A stretch of 64,000 nucleotides of DNA from IMG/VR virus record IMGVR_UViG_3300031841_003468, positions 1-64,000 of that record. One strand, given 5' to 3'. The stretch is from a virus. Below, piece by piece: positions 55,321 through 64,000 of this stretch (the first letter of the stretch is position 1; each line of letters opens with the position of its first letter). Below the pieces are notes generated by a model that saw nothing but the letters and a program-made list of their open reading frames with translations, ran no database searches and was not told the DNA's origin. A program made the position numbers and the translations under genes.

Positions 55321-55525
55321 CTTCTTTCTCCGTTCCAAAGTATAAGTCCCAGTGTAAGTCAAACAATTCATGGTCTGACCAATAAGCCTGCTGCATAGCA
55401 TTTTGTACTGCGGGTATTAAGTTGGTATCTTCAGTTTTAGAGGCAACTAACTCTGCCAGTTTATTGACGTTAGCGTTAACTCTCTTCACCGGAATCGGTT
55501 TCTTCATCGACATCAAAGCCACCAT
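55298..55525 (-). CDS. Hypothetical protein
   Basis: ORF in operon. Confidence 0.45.
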   Translation of the reverse strand: MVALMSMKKPIPVKRVNANVNKLAELVASKTEDTNLIPAVQNAMQQAYWSDHELFDLHWDLYFGTEKEDEKKSIQ

Positions 55526-55817
55526 TTCTTTCTACTGCACCGAACGTTGGCCCATTCTCTGGATCAATGTCGATGATCATTAGGTTACCCGACAATACTC
55601 TCTTAAGAAGTAGATGGGATATCCGGGCATTCTCGCACCACCTGATAACTTCCATAAGAGTTTCCATATCCTCACCAACCAAGTCTGCGTAGTGAGCATC
55701 AATAATAATCTTCTCTAGTTCTTCCTCAGACAGAGGTACAAACTTCTTGTCTTCGGGACACCAATGTAAATCGTCCATTGGTAACAGTTTTGTAAGTTCA
55801 CTATAACTATAGCTCAT
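55476..55817 (-). CDS. Hypothetical acidic protein
   Basis: 113 aa, coupled to deoC. Confidence 0.5.
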   Translation of the reverse strand: MSYSYSELTKLLPMDDLHWCPEDKKFVPLSEEELEKIIIDAHYADLVGEDMETLMEVIRWCENARISHLLLKRVLSGNLMIIDIDPENGPTFGAVERNGGFDVDEETDSGEES

Positions 55818-56487
55818 TTTTAGCCTCCTCTAGGATTGACCATGTACTGGATGAACCAATACGTGTTACTCCAACCTTACGCCACTCTAGCGTCTGATCT
55901 AGTGTTTTGACACCGCCTGACACCTTAACTTTACATTCGTAGTCGTCGTAGTGTGAGTTGGCCAACATTGCGAATGTCTTATCCCAGTCTGCACCTTCTG
56001 TGCCAAATCCTGTAGATGTCTTCACAAAGTCAACCTTGTGTCGTGCAGCCAGATGGCAGATGTTTACAATCTGGTCATGGCTCAGGTAACATGTTTCAAG
56101 AATGATCTTGGTTAACAATCCCTGACTCTTGGCCGCCTCATTTATTATACGGATTTCGTCACCGACTGCAAGCCAATTTCCTGAAAGAACTTCAGAAATG
56201 TTGACAACAAAATCAACTTCAGTAGCTCCTTCCATTCGTGCGATTTGTGTCTCGTACTTTTTGGTTGCGGTAGTATTATATCCAAGAGGGAATCCTATGA
56301 CGGTACAAACGTCAACAGGAGTGTTTGCTAGAATAGCATGGCAGAACGGCACTAGATTAGGCTGCACACAAACTGTGGCGATATTATACTCAATAGCCTT
56401 TACGCACTCTGCTTCAATGTGGTCTCGTGTAAATGTAGGATCAAGCAATGCGTGATCAAACATCTTAGAAATGTCCTCATACTTCAT
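55807..56487 (-). CDS. deoC: Deoxyribose-phosphate aldolase (intact)
   Basis: DHALL, CTVIGFPLG, EVDFV, KIILET, FVKTSTGF, VKVSGG, RIGSS. Confidence 0.93.
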   Translation of the reverse strand: MKYEDISKMFDHALLDPTFTRDHIEAECVKAIEYNIATVCVQPNLVPFCHAILANTPVDVCTVIGFPLGYNTTATKKYETQIARMEGATEVDFVVNISEVLSGNWLAVGDEIRIINEAAKSQGLLTKIILETCYLSHDQIVNICHLAARHKVDFVKTSTGFGTEGADWDKTFAMLANSHYDDYECKVKVSGGVKTLDQTLEWRKVGVTRIGSSSTWSILEEAKNEL

Positions 56488-56678
56488 CTGATGTCTCCAA
56501 TCTTTCAAAGTCGTCTTCTAATTCCTGTGCATATAACCGAGCATTCTCTCTTGCTAATAACATATCCGATATTAGGAAGTACTCGAATGAATGTGCAATC
56601 CTGTAAGATCTATTATATAAGGTAAAGAAGATCTCAAATCGTTTCTTATCCTTATTATGATAGACCTCAGTAAAATAA

Positions 56679-57536
56679 TTACTCATCTACCACTGCTCTC
56701 CCTTTTAGTTGCTCCCAGTCTTTATCTGGTCTCACTTCAAGGTTGGTCTTCCATGCACCTTTAAGAGTGTTCATCTCAATACCTAAATTATCGGCAATAT
56801 CAATGATGGAGTTTATATCTTTTGGGAAACAACTTCCAGAAAAGCCAAACTTTCCATCCAAGCCGGGAACTGTTAGGTGGGACGTACCTATTCTCTTGTC
56901 GGTAAGTAGTAATTGTCTTACGTGATCGTACTCTAATCCCAATGCTTGGGCGAGTAGGTAGAATTCGTTAGCTATAGATACCTTAGCAGCTAAGAAGCAG
57001 TTCACAAAGTACTTACATAGCTCACCAGCCGCAGCATCTGCGTATCGGTAGATCGCAGCATTAGGGAATACTCTCTTGTAGTATGGCACTACTCTGGCTG
57101 TTGCTTCTCTGTCGCCTGTAAGGATTATTCTGTCTGTATTTCTTAGTGACTCTTCAGCATTCACTTCTGTTAGAAACTCAGGACTAAAGATTACTCTGAT
57201 ACCGCTGCCTTCATCAGCAAACTTATTGAAGGTATCAGTAGTTCCCATAGGTACAGTGGACTTAACGATAACTATATTATTACGTCCAGCTTTTTTAATT
57301 TGATCAATGACACTCTCGACAATGCGTGTGCTACACGAACCATCTTTCTTCATTGGGGTTGGAACACAAACAAATATAATACGTGAGTCTCTAGCCAGAG
57401 ATTCAATGTCTTTATGTGTACTTGGCTTCAATGGGTCTTTGTCATAGCGATTTACAGTGAAGTGCTCACTGAAAACGTTAGCGATAGCTGAGCCGACAAA
57501 ACCCTGTCCAACGACACCTATAGGTTGTTTACTCAT
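56679..57536 (-). CDS. ugd: UDP-glucose/GDP-mannose dehydrogenase family (no C-terminal domain)
   Basis: GQGFVG, VCVPTP, KSTVPMG, PEFL, KYFVN, GFSGSCFPKD. Confidence 0.88.
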   Translation of the reverse strand: MSKQPIGVVGQGFVGSAIANVFSEHFTVNRYDKDPLKPSTHKDIESLARDSRIIFVCVPTPMKKDGSCSTRIVESVIDQIKKAGRNNIVIVKSTVPMGTTDTFNKFADEGSGIRVIFSPEFLTEVNAEESLRNTDRIILTGDREATARVVPYYKRVFPNAAIYRYADAAAGELCKYFVNCFLAAKVSIANEFYLLAQALGLEYDHVRQLLLTDKRIGTSHLTVPGLDGKFGFSGSCFPKDINSIIDIADNLGIEMNTLKGAWKTNLEVRPDKDWEQLKGRAVVDE

Positions 57537-57577
57537 AATATTTACTCCTTCCTTTATATTATATCCTTAACCAGTCA

Positions 57578-57769
57578 TTATTGCTCACGATAATCGCAAA
57601 TTGCTAAATCAACTGGTGTGACCTGAAACATATCTCTTTGATCTCTGCGATAGTTGTCCATATAGCATCGCTCACAAAGGTAGCGTGGTTCAGATTTTCG
57701 TTTGCCTCTTAATTTATAATAATTGCTTGTTGGTTTGTTACAAGCCTCACATGTCTTCTTCTCTGTCAT
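57578..57769 (-). CDS. Small Zn-finger protein
   Basis: CEAC...LCERC. Confidence 0.5.
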   Translation of the reverse strand: MTEKKTCEACNKPTSNYYKLRGKRKSEPRYLCERCYMDNYRRDQRDMFQVTPVDLAICDYREQ

Positions 57770-57831
57770 TGTATCAGTCTTCTCCTTAGTTGCGAATAGA
57801 AAAAGTTTGCCCCTGATATCTATATTATACC

Positions 57832-58398
57832 CTACCTCAATGGTCTGGTCAACCCTTGTCTCCCCTCATAAATTCTAGTATCCTGAAATCTAAAGTCACT
57901 CCACTCGGCATTTTCTTTGTCGTAGTCCGTATGTGAGACCTTAATTTTTGGAGCACTAACCAGTCTCTGGCAGTACTTCTGATAATAGTATGGTCTAGGG
58001 TCTACAAACTCACAATACCATACACTTTTACCATCGACTATTTTATGCTGTGGCATTAGGGAACTTTCCTTAGTTAGTCCATTTCCCCAAGTTTCTTCTG
58101 CCATAGCCCGGTAGTCAAGAACCATCCATTCATCCACAAACTTTCCTAGCTTGTAGTCGAATCTATTGTCCTTATACTTTTTCCAAAATATTACCTTAGC
58201 ACCTTTAAGTAAAAGTTCACCAGTGTTTGGATCTGCTTTATATATATAGTTAACTTCAATGAGGTCACATTTATCTTTGATAACCTCCTCAAACCCATAT
58301 GTATATCGACTATTGTCGCTAGCAGATATATTATCTACGCTTCCTGTCAAGATTACGCATAGTAATGATATAATGGTCAAGATATTTTCTCGCTTCAT
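57832..58398 (-). CDS. Secreted/membrane-anchored hypothetical protein
   Basis: MKRENILTIISLLCVILTG signal-like N-terminus; GGAGG RBS. Confidence 0.55.
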   Translation of the reverse strand: MKRENILTIISLLCVILTGSVDNISASDNSRYTYGFEEVIKDKCDLIEVNYIYKADPNTGELLLKGAKVIFWKKYKDNRFDYKLGKFVDEWMVLDYRAMAEETWGNGLTKESSLMPQHKIVDGKSVWYCEFVDPRPYYYQKYCQRLVSAPKIKVSHTDYDKENAEWSDFRFQDTRIYEGRQGLTRPLR

Positions 58399-58594
58399 TT
58401 CTGGCCTCCGATTTCGTCTTACCGTAACCGACAGCCTCAATTTCATTACATGCTAGCAGGTGACAGTGATAAACCCCATCGCCGTAGCGACTAAAGGTTT
58501 CGTAGACTTTGTTTGGTGATAATCTTAGTGGAAAGAGCCCTACATTACTTCTAGTTCTCTTTTTACGTTTGCCTATCGGCAACCTAGTTTCCAT
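58331..58594 (-). CDS. Hypothetical protein (dsRBD-like C-terminus)
   Basis: GYGKTKSEARNEA motif. Confidence 0.4.
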   Translation of the reverse strand: METRLPIGKRKKRTRSNVGLFPLRLSPNKVYETFSRYGDGVYHCHLLACNEIEAVGYGKTKSEARNEARKYLDHYIITMRNLDRKRR

Positions 58595-58664
58595 TTTACT
58601 TCTATATTATCTCATCAAAACAAATAATCAACGCCCCTGAAGATTAATTATTTTAGTTACCCTT

Positions 58665-58692
58665 ATTATACAGCAAGAGTTACTGAAGTCAA
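58665..58692 (-). promoter_or_regulatory. Sigma-70-like promoter
   Basis: TTGACT-16nt-TATAAT. Confidence 0.7.
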
Positions 58693-58886
58693 TAGAATTT
58701 TAGTCCTTTTTATAAGAAACCGTGATACTCCCTGACTCGTTATCTTCAATCGAGAAATCTTCCATGATGAGACGCTTGACAACGGCCATAGCCATGTCCT
58801 TATCTGACATCAAGGTTGTCACCATTGTATTGGCGAGTTCAGTGCGACTTTCAAAAACTCCAACTGTGTTATTACCAGTTATCATA

Positions 58887-59237
58887 TTATACATCTCCTT
58901 CAGACTTTTTGTCCAATAAATCTTTAATTTTGTCAGAACTTTCCTTTATTATTTTGACGGCATCATCCTCATTCATTACGGCACTCAGCTCAGGCCAATA
59001 TGCTTGGTAATCTGTAACCCATTTCGCAGCATCATCGTACTCAGCAAATGTGCGACATAGATATAACGGTAGAGGTTGGCTTTTGTAAAAGTATCTTGGC
59101 GTATCGTCATGTTCTGGTATGGTAAAGTTTGAAATTACCCACCATCTTCTTGGCGATTCATCCGCATAGGGATTCTTGATACCTCTAGTGTCCATGATTG
59201 ATACCATTCTATGCATCTTCTTCACCTTCTTCTTCAT
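58887..59237 (-). CDS. Hypothetical protein
   Basis: 116 aa ORF in operon. Confidence 0.5.
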   Translation of the reverse strand: MKKKVKKMHRMVSIMDTRGIKNPYADESPRRWWVISNFTIPEHDDTPRYFYKSQPLPLYLCRTFAEYDDAAKWVTDYQAYWPELSAVMNEDDAVKIIKESSDKIKDLLDKKSEGDV

Positions 59238-59554
59238 TGAGTAGGTCTGTACGGATATCGTCAGCGTCTACATAGACACCATCTAATACATTCTCAATGT
59301 GATCAATGGCTGCTTCTTTGCTAATACATCTCAGTACAATATCTACATCTAAATCCTTTGTTACTGTCCAGACCTGATAGTGTAGGTCTAGTGGTTCATA
59401 AAATACTAGGTATTCGTCTTTATCGTGCTCAGTCATCTTTCACCCTCCTTGCAATGCACTTTTTCTCTTCTCGCCGTAGCAAGCAAATCATAAGTACTGC
59501 TAAAGTTATTTCAATGCCCCATGCTGTAAGTCCTGCGTATATAGCTTCCATCGG

Positions 59555-60055
59555 TTACTCCTTCATTGATTCTTTAATAATTTCGTAAGCAAATTCTTTT
59601 TCGTGCCAATCTTCGACACAAACTATCTTATTCTCTAGACTCTTGTAAGTCAAGAAGAAATTCTGTAGAACTCTCAAAACCATCTGATCTAAGTCAGCCA
59701 GAGACCTGTAGTCTCTTTGGTGATGGATTGGAGTCCCGATGATCTTCCAGTCTTTGGCTCCACTGTCAGTCATGTCTAATACACCGATAGTGCGACATGT
59801 TACAATGGTTCCTCTACTGATAGGTGCATCGTTATAAATTAATATATCAAGTGCATCTCCATCATCAGTCATTGTCTTGGGTATGAACCCGTATGAACAA
59901 GGGTAGCACATACTACTTGGCAAACATCGGTCTAAGGTGAACTGATCAAATACTGGATCATACTCATACTTAGTACTCTTACCTTTAGGTATTTCAACTA
60001 CACCGTGAACAATCTTGGGTGTATCAACATGGTGTGGTATATTATATAGTTCCAT
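59555..60055 (-). CDS. ppa: Inorganic pyrophosphatase (family I)
   Basis: VEIPKG...KYE, LDR, YGFIP, DDGDALD, DWKII, FFLTYK. Confidence 0.93.
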   Translation of the reverse strand: MELYNIPHHVDTPKIVHGVVEIPKGKSTKYEYDPVFDQFTLDRCLPSSMCYPCSYGFIPKTMTDDGDALDILIYNDAPISRGTIVTCRTIGVLDMTDSGAKDWKIIGTPIHHQRDYRSLADLDQMVLRVLQNFFLTYKSLENKIVCVEDWHEKEFAYEIIKESMKE

Positions 60056-60302
60056 CTTCTGTCCATTCATAAATTGGCGTATACTGCCCAACATACGCAT
60101 ACCAAGTATTAAACTCTAGAAATTCAATAGCCTCATGATAATCAAATCCGTCCTCATCCATGAGAACTTCAATCATCTTTTCTTTGCTATATACAAAACG
60201 TTCGTCTCTACAATCAATGATAGCTTTATCAAAGCCGTCAGCAAAGACTGTGCTATCACAGTAAAAACCATCGTACTTAGTTAAAATTTCTTCTCTCGTC
60301 AT
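60042..60302 (-). CDS. Conserved phage protein
   Basis: ADGFDKAII...YS...EAIEFLEFN...YVGxxTP. Confidence 0.6.
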   Translation of the reverse strand: MTREEILTKYDGFYCDSTVFADGFDKAIIDCRDERFVYSKEKMIEVLMDEDGFDYHEAIEFLEFNTWYAYVGQYTPIYEWTEDGTI

Positions 60303-61254
60303 TGAATAGATTCCTCCAATAAGACTTTGTAATGTAGGACATATCAAATGTCCTGATTCTAATTTGTTCCCAGATTTGATCGAGCACTGACTCAGTTACT
60401 ACTGAAAGGTCTGGTACTCTTACTACTGGTACTTCATTATACTGTCTAGTGGTGGCATTGTCAAGGACAATCGGGATAGAATTTAGATAAAGTGCCTCAT
60501 AAATTCTATATGTATCCAAGCCGTTGCCTGTGGGACATAGCGTGAACCTAGAATTATTAATAAGTCTGAGGTAGTTATCTATTGGTATCACTTCCGTTAT
60601 AACTGGACACCAACTATGGTTGCTGTAATGGAAGAAGTCTTTTAGTTCGGATCTTTCCACTGTGTAATTACACCAGCACACGCTTGTCTTATGTTGTTTG
60701 ACTTCAGGAGCAATGATTAATCTATTTGTTAACTCATCTGCCGTCTCGTCAAGTATCCCGATTGGTATCGGAACAATCTTATTATCGACAATTCGTGGGT
60801 TAGTGCAATACCATTTCTTTACATTTTCTGGAATTTTATCAAAGGTAGAATGGCTGTGCATGTACATTCGCATCACATACTTATCGTTGGGATCACAAAG
60901 GTCACGATTGTATCTAGCCGGTATAACCAAATCTTCACCGTTTAGCGTGGACAACATATTCTTATCGACGAATCGAAGAAACCTAACCATGTTCTCTGTG
61001 TGCATTTCCGGTGTTTGGTAATCAATAGAGTAATCGCCATAGCCAGACACAACTATATATTCTACACCTGTCCCGTCAATGGCTTCAAAGAATCTCTTTA
61101 TGTGTTCAGGCTTAACAAATATAATACCTGCCGGAGGAAGGACATCTCCCTCGACCCATTCGTTGGGTGCAATCTCATCAGCCCAGAAACCTGTGGTGAT
61201 TACTTCGTCTCTAGTTACTTTATATGTTGGTGAATTAAATCTTGCGTCCATCAT
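60277..61254 (-). CDS. Exostosin/GT47-like glycosyltransferase
   Basis: PIPIG, SRFTLCPTGNGLDTYRIYEALYLNSIPIV. Confidence 0.8.
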   Translation of the reverse strand: MMDARFNSPTYKVTRDEVITTGFWADEIAPNEWVEGDVLPPAGIIFVKPEHIKRFFEAIDGTGVEYIVVSGYGDYSIDYQTPEMHTENMVRFLRFVDKNMLSTLNGEDLVIPARYNRDLCDPNDKYVMRMYMHSHSTFDKIPENVKKWYCTNPRIVDNKIVPIPIGILDETADELTNRLIIAPEVKQHKTSVCWCNYTVERSELKDFFHYSNHSWCPVITEVIPIDNYLRLINNSRFTLCPTGNGLDTYRIYEALYLNSIPIVLDNATTRQYNEVPVVRVPDLSVVTESVLDQIWEQIRIRTFDMSYITKSYWRNLFNDERRNFN

Positions 61255-61921
61255 TTTTACACAGAATGAATCTGTTTCCTTTATCTCGATCTTGAATTGA
61301 GTGTCCGTTGTCTAGTAACCACTTCTCCATTGACTTCATAAAGAGCTCAGGCGTGCCGTGACAGCCCCAGTTACTAAAGCACTCAGTATGTACTATGTCA
61401 AAATACCTCGATATTACGTCCCTCATGTAAGCCCAGCTAAGCTCTCGTGGGTGAGGTGCATATGTGAATAGATCACTGCCCATTACCCAGTTGTACATAG
61501 TTCTGTAGCAGTGAGTATTGGGTGTAGAAATAAATAAGTGACCGCCGGGAATCAAAAGTTCCTGACAGTTCTGTAACATACCTTTAATACCTGAGCCAGT
61601 AAACGTATCAAACCCAGACTCACCAACTGGTAAATCTAGGTCTTTCAAATGCTCAATAACTTCCATACATAAAACTAAGTCGTAGTTATTATTGTCAACC
61701 GGTAATCGTATGTCACCAGTGAACTCAGTAAAGTCTATGTCTTTCTTTACAGAACAGAACATGTCTCTCCAGTAATCGCACTGACCAATATTGAGAACTC
61801 TCATTCCGTCTTGGAGAATTCCATTAGCAGCTAGATAGTGGATTGACATTTTGAATCGCTTGTTATGCGTATCAATATATTCTTTATTCATCTTCTTGCT
61901 CTTGCTGGAGAAGTTGTTCAT
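61235..61921 (-). CDS. Class I SAM-dependent methyltransferase
   Basis: VLNIG, YDLVLCMEVIEHL, LIPGGHLFISTPN. Confidence 0.85.
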   Translation of the reverse strand: MNNFSSKSKKMNKEYIDTHNKRFKMSIHYLAANGILQDGMRVLNIGQCDYWRDMFCSVKKDIDFTEFTGDIRLPVDNNNYDLVLCMEVIEHLKDLDLPVGESGFDTFTGSGIKGMLQNCQELLIPGGHLFISTPNTHCYRTMYNWVMGSDLFTYAPHPRELSWAYMRDVISRYFDIVHTECFSNWGCHGTPELFMKSMEKWLLDNGHSIQDRDKGNRFILCKNDGRKI

Positions 61922-62152
61922 GGTAATCTATTTCACCACTGAAGTATTCGTATTTATCCATCTTCTTGTACCTCATATGTTTCTTGGAACCACTGATGTC
62001 CCTTAAATGTTCTCTTCCAAGTCCCTTTGCTCTTATCCCAGAACTGTTGGTACTTGAACTTGATTAGTCTCGTCTTATCATTGATCATAGCCCAGTGAGC
62101 TCTCATCTCTGCTAACTCTTCTGGATTGTCTGCCTCTTTTACAAATCTCTTT

Positions 62153-62884
62153 TTAGGTGGTGACATTTAATAACTCCATTGTTCTTGCTGGACTATCTAC
62201 TGCATAAACCATATCGTTTCTACTTGTCATATGTTTAGCTAAGCAATAGTCATTGCCTTTGTTAGATATACTATCTCCAAAGAAAATTAGTTTTCCTTCA
62301 TTAAAGTAATCGTAGACCTGTCCCTTGTCCTTGCCTTGAGGATATATATCAATGGAAATATGTCCACCGATAGAGTAGTCTAAGTGAGGAAATTGCAGCA
62401 TTAGCTCTTCTGCAATCACAATTCGTTCACTTGGTCGTCCGGCCAGCTTCTCTGCTTCTTCCCATTCGTGATAGCCTCGTCTCTGCCAGTGGGTTGCTGC
62501 TCGACCGATAGTAGATATATTAACCATACCTTTTCGCTGCTCAATGTTTCCAATGGCTGTTCCCCACCAAGGGCTAGCCATCATTAGGCTCGTCGCCAGT
62601 ATCTTAAAGTCTCCACTAACCTTCCAGTCTGATGAATATACTAACTCACCTTTCTGCCATAGCTCATTGCCACAGTTCTGCCACACATTGTCACAATCAT
62701 TCCAGATCTCATGTCCTACCTGTTTGACTGTTTTATCTTTATCTGAACCTGTAATAATATTTACAGTATTGCCTTTCTTCTGCTCACCTTTCATCCAGCA
62801 CATAAACAATCCCCAATGCTCTCTTAGCATAGGGCGACGATGTGGTGTGAGTGTACCATCTACATCAAATAAATAATTTTTCAT
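62153..62884 (-). CDS. HAD-family phosphomannomutase (eukaryote PMM type)
   Basis: FDVDGTLTP, TGSD, IEQRKGMVNIS-IGR, GGHISIDIYPQGKDK, FFGD...GND. Confidence 0.85.
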   Translation of the reverse strand: MKNYLFDVDGTLTPHRRPMLREHWGLFMCWMKGEQKKGNTVNIITGSDKDKTVKQVGHEIWNDCDNVWQNCGNELWQKGELVYSSDWKVSGDFKILATSLMMASPWWGTAIGNIEQRKGMVNISTIGRAATHWQRRGYHEWEEAEKLAGRPSERIVIAEELMLQFPHLDYSIGGHISIDIYPQGKDKGQVYDYFNEGKLIFFGDSISNKGNDYCLAKHMTSRNDMVYAVDSPARTMELLNVTT

Positions 62885-63457
62885 AACCTAAGTAGTCCAT
62901 TTAATACAATAAAAAAACACATGATTAACGACACAAATGCAAAGCACCACATTACTCCACGTACTGTAGCCTTTGCCGCCTCACGCTCTTTCTCGGTTTT
63001 CATCTTTTCGATTAAGAGCTTGAGATTTTCCATAGCCTCTGGATCATTAGAGGCCCTCCATTCTCTGTATGGTGGTTTATAATTGCTCATCCAACATTTT
63101 CATTTCCAGTTCATCTATGCAATAAGCATATAAAGCAGACTCAGCGTCTTCTTTTGTGTCCCAAAAGCCTTGACGTAATCCTGCCTCATCCCAGAAGAAC
63201 CATAGGTGCATGTGCGAGTCATATTCAATCATAAATTTAGCTCTTTCAATAGTTGAACGGCAATCCTATGCCTAGACACAGATACCTTCGTGGTATCAAT
63301 AATAATTTCACCTGTATCGTCCCACTTAGCAATAATGCCATCTGGTATATTATATACGGCAATGCCCGACCTTTTGATCAGTAATTCTTCATAATATTCT
63401 GTAACTGTAATATCATGTCTTCCGCATTTGATACACCAGATAGGCTTATTGTCTACA

Positions 63458-63988
63458 TCAAGCACCCGATGACAGCATGACATCTTCCAACTCATTCTCT
63501 TCTTCCTTCCACCACCACTGTGGCTCTGCACGATGCGTCCATACACATTTGAACGCAGCACGTTTGTTTACATTGTAGAAATGTCGATACGCTGACACTC
63601 CACACTCTTCTTTGAACTCATCCGGCATACACTGTGGTATCTTGGTCATCTCTGCATCTGGGATGTCAGGGATGTTGTCTGCACACCACTCGATAAGAGA
63701 TTGGCTTGCATGTACTTTACCATAGCGTAATGTATATTCTTCACATAGTGCTAACGCATGAATGATCATCCACTCATAGTTAGCTGTCGTTGTACGAACC
63801 CAGATAGTCGAAGGGTGGTTAAGGTGAGCCTGCTTGTAGAACTTTTCTGGTCGCTCTGCATCGCTAGGACACGCATGGTGAGCAGTACATAACATTTGGG
63901 CTGATTCTAGGATCATTTTCACCACATGCTTGTTGCATTGTGCTCGTGCCGCTTCTACTGGATCGTGGTCTAAGTAAAATATATTCAT
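63458..63988 (-). CDS. Pyrimidine-dimer DNA glycosylase (DenV-like) family protein
   Basis: MNIFYLD, KHVVKMILESAQML, NHPSTIW, EEYTLRYGKVH, PQCMP. Confidence 0.8.
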   Translation of the reverse strand: MNIFYLDHDPVEAARAQCNKHVVKMILESAQMLCTAHHACPSDAERPEKFYKQAHLNHPSTIWVRTTTANYEWMIIHALALCEEYTLRYGKVHASQSLIEWCADNIPDIPDAEMTKIPQCMPDEFKEECGVSAYRHFYNVNKRAAFKCVWTHRAEPQWWWKEEENELEDVMLSSGA

Positions 63989-64000
63989 AGTTGTGTCTCC

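Noticed and set aside
1-64000. Bacterial chromosome, prophage or plasmid origin
   Set aside because: rIIA/rIIB, single-strand packing, many small orphans, and no integrase, rRNA or housekeeping operons indicate a large lytic phage

Overview
This window is part of a large (jumbo-type) dsDNA tailed bacteriophage genome, roughly 40% GC by eye. It is densely packed, almost entirely minus-strand, and uses the standard code 11. From window start: (i) a ~10 kb glycan-synthesis cluster (GT4 x3, GT2, CgeB-like GT, GT25-like, nucleotidyltransferase, GDP-fucose synthase, methyltransferases) flanked by homing-endonuclease-like ORFs. (ii) A replication/recombination module: sigma factor, SSB, DnaE split into two intein-free genes around a DEDDh exonuclease, PD-(D/E)XK nucleases, dNMP kinase, DnaG, DnaB, RecA. 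(iii) Nucleotide metabolism: PhoH, dUTPase, class II B12-dependent RNR, dCMP deaminase. (iv) A second sigma factor flanked by apparent pseudo-enzymes (dead DeoC, degenerate Nudix), holin-like proteins and a second glycan cluster with a sulfotransferase-FkbM fusion. (v) rIIA/rIIB, then the only convincing plus-strand unit: a structured tandem RNA, an intrinsic terminator and a 44-aa ORF. (vi) Hsp20, an M19 dipeptidase, a tmRNA (tag AEKNFSLAA) and five tRNAs, including an unusual tRNA-Thr(AGU). (vii) Auxiliary genes: second SSB, intact DeoC, Ugd, Ppa, exostosin-like GT, eukaryote-type PMM, DenV-like glycosylase. All protein calls come from motif recognition by eye, not database searches. Many small hypothetical ORFs are not listed individually.
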